Source: an uncultured bacterium
Lineage (GTDB): Bacteria > Patescibacteriota > Saccharimonadia > Saccharimonadales > OFTM59
NCBI GenBank assembly: GCA_966685145.1
Contig: CBKXXB010000001.1
Location: 633-64,632 of the forward strand
Length of the DNA stretch: 64,000 bases
Direction of reading: 5' to 3'
Under the pieces are notes generated by a model. It searched no databases. It was given only the letters and a program-made list of their open reading frames with translations, and had not been told where the DNA came from. The translations under genes were made by a program, and so were the position numbers. This document shows positions 56,150 through 64,000 of this stretch, in pieces; within the stretch, counting starts at the first letter, position 1; the number at the start of each line of letters is the position of its first letter.

Positions 56150-56219
56150 GACTTGGGCTAGCGAATACCACAACAATAATTACTTGCTAATGGTTAAATA
56201 TTAACGCTACAATTAGCGT

Positions 56220-56780
56220 ATGGGTAAAATGTTAGCACCCACTGCCGAAGCTATAGAAACACAAGGAGCGGTTCAAGACCGCTCCTTTTTCTTTTCTGTA
56301 GACGAAAAACCATCCTGGGGGCCTTGCGCAAATTCGCGCGTCGAAACCAACCGCGCTCGTAAAGTATGGAATCGCCACGAGAAGCTGCTGGCCGCCAATT
56401 CCGGACGTCTTATGTTAGCCGCCTGCTCGGAAAACGGCGAGTTAAGCCCCGTTACCGATCCAATGACTCAGGACACAGTTAGTTTGCACTTAGAAGCCAA
56501 AGATTACAGAGAGAAACACGAATACACATGGACAATTACCATTGGCAACCCGGCGCTTTGGACAATCCATACTCTACGCACCACGCCCGACTTCTTCCAG
56601 ACCACCTATAGGCAAGTCGACTCAGGCGGGCAAATACTCAAAGCAAGCAGTCATGTCAGTAGCCTGGCCTTGGCCAACAGCATCGGGATACTACTGTCGT
56701 ACGCCGACTCTGAGCAGCAAGTCCAAGCCGCAAGAGAGAGCACCTCAACCAATAGCCCCCAGCTAGAGATAGTAAAGTAA
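56220..56780 (+). CDS. Hypothetical protein (186 aa)
   Basis: ORF with no motif. Confidence 0.4.
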   Translation: MGKMLAPTAEAIETQGAVQDRSFFFSVDEKPSWGPCANSRVETNRARKVWNRHEKLLAANSGRLMLAACSENGELSPVTDPMTQDTVSLHLEAKDYREKHEYTWTITIGNPALWTIHTLRTTPDFFQTTYRQVDSGGQILKASSHVSSLALANSIGILLSYADSEQQVQAARESTSTNSPQLEIVK

Positions 56781-56796
56781 GTTTTATCAATCCGTT

Positions 56797-57399
56797 CTAA
56801 AGAAGCGGAACGAAAATGAAGCCCGAATGGGTTTGCGTATCGTACTGATCCTCGTATGACTTGGTAACCTCAAGAATGTCGTAACCGACCGGAACAACAA
56901 TTTTGCCACCTTCTTTCAGCTGATCTAGCAGCTCTGCAGGAAATCGCACTGCACTGGCGCTGACTAAGATCCGGTCGTATGGTGCGTGCTCAGGCAAGCC
57001 CAGTTCATCCTTTGCCTGATAAAACTCTGCATTCTTTACTCCGGCACGTTTGGCGTTTTCCCTGCCAAACTTAACGAGCTCGGGCACTTTTTCAACTGCA
57101 TAAACGCGACCTTTAGGCCCTACAATGTGCGAAAGCAGCGCCGTCGTCCAACCGGAACCGGAACCAACATCAAGCACATGGTCGCCTTCCTTCATGTCAA
57201 GCCACTCGAGCATCATACGTACCGTCGTAGGCTGTGAAATTGTTTGCCCGTGTCCAATTGGCAGAGCCATATCCGCGTCCGCCAAACCTACTGTTTCGGG
57301 CGGCAAAAAATATGCTCGATTTACCGCTTTAAATGCCTCGCTCACTCTATCCATACTACTTATTTTAAACCTCTTCTCTAGTGGGGCATTGCTTAACAT
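56797..57399 (-). CDS. pcm: Protein-L-isoaspartate O-methyltransferase
   Basis: 200 aa. SAM motif I VLDVGSGSGWTTALL and the conserved post-I and II regions of PCMT. Confidence 0.85.
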   Translation of the reverse strand: MLSNAPLEKRFKISSMDRVSEAFKAVNRAYFLPPETVGLADADMALPIGHGQTISQPTTVRMMLEWLDMKEGDHVLDVGSGSGWTTALLSHIVGPKGRVYAVEKVPELVKFGRENAKRAGVKNAEFYQAKDELGLPEHAPYDRILVSASAVRFPAELLDQLKEGGKIVVPVGYDILEVTKSYEDQYDTQTHSGFIFVPLL

Positions 57400-57541
57400 T
57401 TCAAAACTTACAAAACCGCCAACCGGCCCACACCTGATATGACATAATGTTAAGCTTAATAATGTGTCAGTAAGAAAACTAACACCGCGCAGGTGCGCTT
57501 ACCTATAAAATATGAAGTTTGTAATTCAGGAGTAGACAGAC

Positions 57542-59383
57542 ATGAAGCAGCTTGCCTTTTATACATCCAGAAACCGAGCCAGTCGGCTTCTGAACATAGG
57601 AATCGCAATATTAATGTTAATGATAGTGGCCTTAACAAGTCTGTGGTCTCCAAACCAAGCCGAAGCGGTCACTATTGTCCCGGGCGATACGGGCATAGCG
57701 CAGGGTGCATTAGTCGATAGATCTCCTGACTATCAGAATAAAGTTCTTGATGCCACAGTTGCCAGCGGCGCCAAATGGATCAGATTAGATCTATGGTGGT
57801 TCCGTGTCGAAGAAACTAAGGGGACCTACAACTGGTCTCAGTTTGATGACTTGTACGGCGCCGCCAAAGCCAAGGGTTTAAACGTTCTCCCGGTAGTCCA
57901 TACAGCGCCTGCCTGGGCCAGCGGCTGTGCCAGCGTGCATTGCCCGCCTACCGAAGCTAACGTCCAGTACTGGAAGAATTTTTTAACTGCTGCCGCTACC
58001 CGCTACAGTGCTAGTACCTACGGCATCAGTACTTATGAAATATGGAATGAACCGAACATAAGCCGGTTTTACGAGGTACCTAACGCCACTACATACGTCA
58101 ACCAGGTGCTGAAGCCGTCTTACGAAGCTATCACCGCCGCTCTGCCAGGCGCCACAGTCTTAACAGGCGGTACCGCGCCAGCCGAGTCTGATCATACCGT
58201 CAATATTTCCCCATGGGAATTTGTGCGCGACATTTACCGCGCAGGCGGACAAAACTATTTTCATCATATCGCCCATCATCCCTATACCTGGCCGTACGAT
58301 CCTACTGAGGGTCATGTGGGATGGAACTCGTTCAAGCAAATGTATGAAAATCCGCCGGCAACTGCAGATGATCCCAGCCCCAAGAGTATCCGTGGATACA
58401 TGCTGCAATATGGTGACAGCGGCAAAAAAATCTGGGCCACGGAAGTTGGTTATCCGACTAATCCGGCTAAGGGCAAGTGCGCGGGCTGTGTAACGGAAGC
58501 CGAGCAGAAAACCAAGCTAACCAAGGTTTACAACGAATGGTCTAAAAAGGACTGGTCAGGAAAAATTTTCTGGTATGCGATGATTAACGAAGATCCAAGC
58601 ATTGTTGCAAAGAGTGATCCGGAGGCAAACTTCGGACTAAAAAGAGCTGATAATACAGCCAAGCCTGCATACGACCCATTCGCTAAAATAGTATCCGACA
58701 GATACGCTTCTATTGTAAAAGCCGACGGACCAAGGCATTACTGGAAAATGGGCGAACTATCACATACTCAACCTATGAAAAATGAGATGTGGTCGGGCGC
58801 AGACGGGTATTATATATCCAGCAGCACACAGATGGGTACAGATGGCACGGTCGTTGGTACACCGGCTCCTACGTTCCTTGAAACAGCCAACAATCGAGCC
58901 GAGGTTACTTACAACTCTGAATCGATTAGATTGGGCGGTTCAGCTTGGACGGTAGAATTCAGCGCCCGCCGCGTTGGCGGCACGGCTCGCTGGCCAGGGC
59001 TGATGGGGCGCGGTGACTCGAAAACTGCCAACGGCTGGGAAATAATGATCAACCACGATCAGGGTGACTTCATATCCTTCAAGCGAAACAACCTGGAGTG
59101 TGCAACTGCCGTTACATATTTTGCAGATGGCAAATCACACCACGTTGCCTTGACTCACAATAACGGCACGACCCTGTGGTATATCGACGGTGTACGAGCG
59201 AACAGACAGGGCTACTGTAACGTAACTTACCCCACACCCTCTACCGACAGCTTATACCTTTGGGTTGGAGCCAGCCCGAGTTCGCCAGGTAACAACGCTA
59301 TAGGCCATTTAGCCATTTACAACAAAGCCCTGACTGCAGAGCAGGTAGCGGCACATGCTGCTGCTGCCGTCCGCTTGCCTTAA
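57542..59383 (+). CDS. Secreted GH5-family glycoside hydrolase fused to a C-terminal ConA-like/LamG lectin domain
   Basis: 613 aa. N-terminal signal/anchor. YEIWNEPN is the GH5 acid/base NEP motif. The C-terminal roughly 200 aa form a beta-sandwich-like region (WEIMINHDQGDFISF, LWYIDG). Confidence 0.6.
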   Translation: MKQLAFYTSRNRASRLLNIGIAILMLMIVALTSLWSPNQAEAVTIVPGDTGIAQGALVDRSPDYQNKVLDATVASGAKWIRLDLWWFRVEETKGTYNWSQFDDLYGAAKAKGLNVLPVVHTAPAWASGCASVHCPPTEANVQYWKNFLTAAATRYSASTYGISTYEIWNEPNISRFYEVPNATTYVNQVLKPSYEAITAALPGATVLTGGTAPAESDHTVNISPWEFVRDIYRAGGQNYFHHIAHHPYTWPYDPTEGHVGWNSFKQMYENPPATADDPSPKSIRGYMLQYGDSGKKIWATEVGYPTNPAKGKCAGCVTEAEQKTKLTKVYNEWSKKDWSGKIFWYAMINEDPSIVAKSDPEANFGLKRADNTAKPAYDPFAKIVSDRYASIVKADGPRHYWKMGELSHTQPMKNEMWSGADGYYISSSTQMGTDGTVVGTPAPTFLETANNRAEVTYNSESIRLGGSAWTVEFSARRVGGTARWPGLMGRGDSKTANGWEIMINHDQGDFISFKRNNLECATAVTYFADGKSHHVALTHNNGTTLWYIDGVRANRQGYCNVTYPTPSTDSLYLWVGASPSSPGNNAIGHLAIYNKALTAEQVAAHAAAAVRLP

Positions 59384-59453
59384 CTGTGTCTCGCGCTAGT
59401 TAAGTAGTAAGCTCATACCGTAGTTTTGTGCGCGTACGCTATATACTAATGAT

Positions 59454-60635
59454 ATGGAGACGCGACCGCTCGCAGAGCGTATGAGGCCCAACAACCTGAC
59501 TGACGTAGTAGGCCAGAGCCATTTGTTGGATACGGGACAGATAATCAGGCGCATAGTCGAGGAGAAATTACCTACCAGCCTAATATTATGGGGACCGCCG
59601 GGCAGCGGCAAAACTACGCTTGCCAGAATCATAGCCCGTGAAACACAGTCTGAATTTGTTGAACTGAGCGCCGTTACCGCAAGCAAAGCAGATGTTAGGC
59701 GCGTCATCGAACTGGCCGAACAGAACCAAAGGCTCGGTATGCGAACTATTCTCTTTGTTGATGAGATTCATCGTTTTAATAAGGCGCAGCAGGATACTTT
59801 CCTGCCCCATGTGGAAGCAGGCACAATCATTCTGATCGGTGCTACGACCGAAAACCCAAGCTTCGAGATCATCAACCCACTGCTCAGCCGCAGCCGCGTC
59901 GTAGTGTTGGAGCCTCTAAGCAAGGCCGACGTCACTACTATATTGAAACGTGCTGCCAAAGCAGAGAGATTAACCGCAAAGCAACTTCCGGCTCAAAGTC
60001 TGGATTTGATTGCAGAATTGTCCGGTGGTGATGCCCGCGTAGCGCTCGGCAACCTTGAGCTGGCTATTCAGCTGGCCAAGAAGGATAAAATTACGCCGGA
60101 GGTCGTTGAAGCCGCAGCCCAGAAACGCGTGCCGGGTTATGACAAGGCTGGAGAAATGCATTACAACGTCATTAGCGCTTTCATAAAAAGCCTCAGAGGG
60201 TCAGATGCTAATGCTGCCTTGTACTACTTGGCCCGCATGCTGCAGGCTGGCGAAGATCCCAAGTTTATTGCCAGGCGAATGGTCATATTTGCCAGCGAGG
60301 ACGTGGGAATTGCTGCTTCGCCTGCACTGAACCTGGCTGTCGCCACATTCCAAGCAGTTGAGCGCATAGGCATGCCGGAGTGCCAATACAACCTTTTCCA
60401 CTGCGCCACAGTACTTGCGAAATGCCAGAAATCACGTACGGTAGCAAACGCTATGAACAAAGCACAACGCGCCGCATCGGATTATCCTGACCTGGCAGTG
60501 CCACTGCATCTGAGAAACGCCCCTACCCAACTTATGAAAGACCTAGGCTATCAAAAGGGAACGAAATGGGAGGCCGGGTTCAAACATCCCGAAGGTTTCC
60601 TCCCCGAAGAACTCAGCCACCTTAACTTGTTTTAG
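59454..60635 (+). CDS. rarA: Replication-associated recombination protein A (AAA+ ATPase)
   Basis: 393 aa. Walker [13 protein letters not shown], Walker [12 protein letters not shown], and the MgsA C-terminal domain. Confidence 0.9.
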   Translation: METRPLAERMRPNNLTDVVGQSHLLDTGQIIRRIVEEKLPTSLILWGPPGSGKTTLARIIARETQSEFVELSAVTASKADVRRVIELAEQNQRLGMRTILFVDEIHRFNKAQQDTFLPHVEAGTIILIGATTENPSFEIINPLLSRSRVVVLEPLSKADVTTILKRAAKAERLTAKQLPAQSLDLIAELSGGDARVALGNLELAIQLAKKDKITPEVVEAAAQKRVPGYDKAGEMHYNVISAFIKSLRGSDANAALYYLARMLQAGEDPKFIARRMVIFASEDVGIAASPALNLAVATFQAVERIGMPECQYNLFHCATVLAKCQKSRTVANAMNKAQRAASDYPDLAVPLHLRNAPTQLMKDLGYQKGTKWEAGFKHPEGFLPEELSHLNLF

Positions 60636-60719
60636 AGTAGTTACTACTCGCTGTGGATAAGCGCTTTACAATTGTCGCGCTTGGCGTGATACTCACTGTA
60701 AAGGTATTATCAAAAAGCA

Positions 60720-61493
60720 GTGAGCACAGAGAACACCCCCTCTACACCCGGCAAGCGATTCAATGTATCGCTTGATTATCGTTTCGTGATTGGACTGTTG
60801 CTAGCTGTTATCGCCGTCATGCTTATCATCTGGAAGCCATGGGCAACTGCAAAATTGGACGATAGCCGCACCATTGAGGTAACAGGCGAGGCTACACTTA
60901 AAGCAGAACCGGACGAATATATGTTCACGCCAGCGTACGAATTTAAAAACGCTGATCAGGAGGTAGCGCTGGCTGCCCTGACCAAAAAGAGTGAGGAAGT
61001 TATCGCAGGATTAAAAAATCTCGGAGTAGCAGATAATAAAATCAAGACAAACTCCACCGGCAATAACTTTTACCCCTACTACTATGACGAAGGCACCAAG
61101 ACCAATAACTATACTCTACAGATAACCGCCACCGTAGATAACCGTGAGCTGGCACAAAAAGTACAGGATTATTTGCTCACTACAACACCGACGGGTGCCG
61201 TTTCACCGCAGTTCACCTTTAGCGATGCCAAGCAAAAAGAGCTTGAGAGCAGAGCCCGTGACGAAGCGACTAAGGATGCCCGCGCCAAAGCCGAACAATC
61301 AGCCAATAACCTGGGCTTTAAGTTAGGTAAGGTCAAGGCCGTAACCGATGGTGCGGGCTTCGGACCTATACATCCGGGCTTTAGCCGCGGTGCTGAAGCA
61401 ACTACTATGATAGCCGAGGATCAAAAGCTGGCAGTACAGCCAGGTGAAAACGAACTTAGCTACTCAGTAACAGTCACTTATTATTTGCGCTAG
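60720..61493 (+). CDS. SIMPL-domain (DUF541) protein, membrane-anchored
   Basis: 257 aa. N-terminal TM, then RTIEVTGEATLKAEPD, a typical SIMPL start, and a C-terminal beta-rich region. Confidence 0.55.
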   Translation: MSTENTPSTPGKRFNVSLDYRFVIGLLLAVIAVMLIIWKPWATAKLDDSRTIEVTGEATLKAEPDEYMFTPAYEFKNADQEVALAALTKKSEEVIAGLKNLGVADNKIKTNSTGNNFYPYYYDEGTKTNNYTLQITATVDNRELAQKVQDYLLTTTPTGAVSPQFTFSDAKQKELESRARDEATKDARAKAEQSANNLGFKLGKVKAVTDGAGFGPIHPGFSRGAEATTMIAEDQKLAVQPGENELSYSVTVTYYLR

Positions 61494-62646
61494 CAGCTAA
61501 TGCGGTTTGCGGCCTGGAGCGTGCTCGTTTTAACTTGATCTCTTCCCACGGCAAACTCGGCTTGCCGAAGTGACCATAGGCTGCGGTCTGCAAATATATA
61601 GGCCGTCTGAGATTAAGCTGTTCAACTATACCTTGTACCGAAACGTCCAGCAGCGAGTCAGCAAAGCGCTGGATTCGTTCCGACGAGACTTTCTCTGTTC
61701 CGAAGGTATCTATGCCGAAATGAACCGGCCGTTTAGCGCCGATATAATAAGCAAGACTGACTTCCGCTCTTTTAGCTAGACTGTTCGCCACTATGTTCTT
61801 CGCCAAGTACCTTGCAGCATAGGCACCTGAGCGGTCGACTTTGCTTGGATCTTTTCCGCTAAACGCACCGCCGCCGACACGGGCATAGCCACCATAAGTA
61901 TCAACCACAATCTTGCGTCCGGTCAGACCGGCATCGGCCGCCGGTCCTGGATGATGCCAGACACCGGTACCGTTAACAACCAAGTCCTGCCTGGTTATGC
62001 TGAAGCCATAGTCATTCAGGACGGGCGCAACGATGCAGTTAAATATATCTTCTCTTACCCGCTCCAAACTAATCTTTTCATGGTGCGGAACCGCGAGGGT
62101 GACATGCTCGACGGCCACAGGCGCGTCGTTTTCATAGCGCACAACCACCTGGGCTTTGCCGTCCGGGCGTAAATGCGGCAACTTACCACCCTCCCGAGCC
62201 TCATCAATTGAACGGGTTAACCGATGAGCCAGGACAATCGGCAACGGCAGAAGCTCCGGTGTTTCATCGCAAGCATAACCGAACATTAGCCCCTGATCCC
62301 CGGCACCGAAGTCATCTACACCAACTGATATCTCGGGCGATTGTTCATGCACATAACACTCGATCGGCGAAGCATCACTGAAACCCCAGTCCGGCTCGAC
62401 ATAGCCAAGCCGCCTGATTTGCTTACGGGCAATGGACACGAAATCTACCTTTGCCTTGGTCTTAACTTCGCCGGCCAAAATCAGCCTGTTGTTGCAGGCC
62501 AGCGTTTCGACAGCAACTCGCCCAAGCGGATCATCCGCCAGCACCGCGTCAACTATAGCGTCACTGATAGCATCGCAAACTTTGTCCGGATGGCCGGCAC
62601 AGACGCTTTCGGAGGCGAACCTCCTTACCTTGTTTTGATGGGACAT
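61474..62646 (-). CDS. metK: S-adenosylmethionine synthase
   Basis: 390 aa. ESVCAGHPDKVCD, GAGDQGLMFGYA, and the C-terminal GGGAFSGKDPSKVDRSGAY glycine loop. Confidence 0.95.
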   Translation of the reverse strand: MSHQNKVRRFASESVCAGHPDKVCDAISDAIVDAVLADDPLGRVAVETLACNNRLILAGEVKTKAKVDFVSIARKQIRRLGYVEPDWGFSDASPIECYVHEQSPEISVGVDDFGAGDQGLMFGYACDETPELLPLPIVLAHRLTRSIDEAREGGKLPHLRPDGKAQVVVRYENDAPVAVEHVTLAVPHHEKISLERVREDIFNCIVAPVLNDYGFSITRQDLVVNGTGVWHHPGPAADAGLTGRKIVVDTYGGYARVGGGAFSGKDPSKVDRSGAYAARYLAKNIVANSLAKRAEVSLAYYIGAKRPVHFGIDTFGTEKVSSERIQRFADSLLDVSVQGIVEQLNLRRPIYLQTAAYGHFGKPSLPWEEIKLKRARSRPQTALAASANNK

Positions 62647-62810
62647 AAAAATATCCTTTCTGCCATGTCAGACGAGAAAGGACTGGTTCACGAATTTCTC
62701 CGCAAAAACATCTTCCCCGCTACTGGCGGGCTAGATGGAGCACCTTACAGAATCTGTAGGTTGCCGGCAGGTCGTCAAGCTAGATCTCTCGCTGCGCTCT
62801 TTATACTTTT
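62647..62810 (-). promoter_or_regulatory. Candidate SAM-I (S-box) riboswitch with terminator / RBS-sequestering hairpin in the metK leader
   Basis: The minus-strand leader reads ...UAUAAAGAGCGCAGCGAGAGAUCUAGCUUGACGACCUGCCGGCAACCUACAGAUUCUGUAAGGUGCUCCAUCUAGCCCGCCAGUAGCGGGGAAGAUG... It parallels S-box conserved blocks: AAGAG, GAGGGA-like, GAyGA, GGCAACC, AAGGUGCU..UCC, a P4-like hairpin, and GAAGAUG. A hairpin UCCUUUCU(n13)AGAAAGGA follows. Its 3' arm contains the SD, and it is followed by UAUUUUU and the AUG. Confidence 0.4.
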
Positions 62811-62868
62811 ACGTTGTTAAAGTAAAGGTATTGTACCATACGGTTTATTGTGCCGTTTGTGATATATG

Positions 62869-63798
62869 TCACAGCCAGCGTTTTTTGCGGAAAACGTACA
62901 CTATAGCAAGGGACGACAACAAAACCAGCAACAGCACTATTGAAAAGGCCTGCGCATTACCAGCCAGGGGCAGATCCACATTCATTCCGTATAGGCCCGA
63001 AAAAACCGTAGGAATCATGAGAAAAATCGAGATAGACGTAAGCCGCTTGAATGTGCGGTTCAGCTCGTTCGCGGCCAATGCGTCATATGCTTCACGAATA
63101 TTGACAATGGTTTTCAGCCGTGACTTCACCAGCTCGATAAGCTCTGCGGTGCCGAGCGAGAGGTCTTCAACCAGGTCTTTGTCCTCTTCATATAGTCTAA
63201 TATATTTGCCTCCCAGTAGATTACGCAGCATTGCCGACTGCGGCTGCAAGGCACTCAGGAATTCGTTTAGGTCATCTTCAGTCTCAATGAAACCGAGCAG
63301 TGTTTCATTGGAAATATCAGTCCGATGCAGTTGTGATCTGACGCTGAATATGCGCCGAGTTACCTGGGTAACATAACCTTGATATGAGCTATTAACTGCT
63401 TCTAATATCTGCAAGAGCGTCTTGGTCTTCTGTGTCGTAACCACCGGCTCCTTGCTATGAATCAGCGGGGACAAAATCGGGCTGTCGACTCGCAGAATCG
63501 TCACGATGCAATTAGGTTTATAAATAATAAGCATCGGCTCCGTGGCATTGATAACACCATTATCAGGATGATAGTAGCGCGTATAGACATACACAGTACC
63601 GTCGTCACGTTCAACGCGCGGTGATTCATAAAGGTCAATGGCGTCTTTCAGTAGGTCAATTTCAAGACCGTGATCTTTGGCCAGCGCTTCAAGTTCTTTC
63701 TCGTCAGGTGCCACAACATGAACCCATGCGCCAGCGCGCACTGCGTCAACTTTCTCTAGGCCCGCTGAGCGGGCCGTACTGTAGTAAACAGTCGTCAT
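62869..63798 (-). CDS. corA: CorA-family Mg2+/Co2+ transporter
   Basis: 309 aa. YGMNV (GMN motif) immediately before two C-terminal TM helices. N-terminal cytoplasmic domain. Confidence 0.75.
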   Translation of the reverse strand: MTTVYYSTARSAGLEKVDAVRAGAWVHVVAPDEKELEALAKDHGLEIDLLKDAIDLYESPRVERDDGTVYVYTRYYHPDNGVINATEPMLIIYKPNCIVTILRVDSPILSPLIHSKEPVVTTQKTKTLLQILEAVNSSYQGYVTQVTRRIFSVRSQLHRTDISNETLLGFIETEDDLNEFLSALQPQSAMLRNLLGGKYIRLYEEDKDLVEDLSLGTAELIELVKSRLKTIVNIREAYDALAANELNRTFKRLTSISIFLMIPTVFSGLYGMNVDLPLAGNAQAFSIVLLLVLLSSLAIVYVFRKKRWL

Positions 63799-64000
63799 GC
63801 TTATATTGTACCCTTAACTGAGTTGAAATACCTACTCTGATCTGGATTAAAACACCTCTGTCTTGTATAATCCTCCCTGTTCTACTCCTCTTTGGTTTTA
63901 CTGCCCAATTTTCTAAACCAAGACTCGTCTGTTTAGAAAATTGAGAGGAGGCGGCTTAATCAGTTTATGAGAGTTGGTAGGAAATTTATTTTGCTACCGA

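Noticed and set aside
1-64000. CRISPR arrays, rRNA genes, IS elements
   Set aside because: No spaced direct-repeat arrays, no rRNA-like sequence and no transposase-like ORFs were seen on either strand.

Overview
This is a gene-dense bacterial window with about 48% GC by eye, short or overlapping intergenic regions and a split transketolase. That is compatible with a reduced-genome, Patescibacteria/CPR-like organism, but this is inferred from gene content only.

Positions 1-44370 are mostly housekeeping genes, nearly all on the minus strand:
- dnaE N-terminus.
- A YtxH/DUF948 pair.
- galU.
- gatC-gatA-(inserted ORF)-gatB.
- uvrB.
- A sugar-phosphate cluster: pfkB kinase, class II aldolase, split transketolase, rpe, a beta-lactamase-like serine hydrolase, rpiB and gap.
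- A NUDIX hydrolase and ppa.
- A redox cluster: an FNR-like reductase, a MarR-controlled cupredoxin, trxB and an NrdH-like redoxin.
- FKBP, an ABC exporter, pheS and pheT with a Cys-rich micro-ORF between them.
- An FMN reductase, YajQ, a PyrD-like protein, a SAM methyltransferase, a GH63-like hydrolase and NDH-2.
- RmuC, then divergent zupT/zur genes.
- A PAP2 phosphatase, mpg, DUF2207, an HExxH metallopeptidase, and TlpA-like thioredoxin/CcdA.

Positions 44450-56790 look like an acquired block. It is slightly more GC-rich by eye. It consists almost entirely of ORFs I cannot assign to any family. A tRNA gene sits inside it at 53737-53809.

The block contains a tightly packed four-gene ubiquitin-like conjugation module: an 82-aa beta-grasp-like protein ending in Gly, a UBC/UEV-like protein with no cysteine, a JAB/MPN peptidase, and a ThiF/E1-like adenylase. 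A 44-aa basic micro-protein and several large ORFans follow it. Upstream is a 424-bp leader carrying a perfect palindrome and a tandem repeat. Past the tRNA lie a pentapeptide-repeat protein and a TadA-like deaminase.

Positions 56797-64000 return to housekeeping: pcm, a secreted GH5-LamG protein, rarA, a SIMPL protein, metK with an S-box-like leader, and corA.

I found no CRISPR array, integrase, transposase or clear att repeat.
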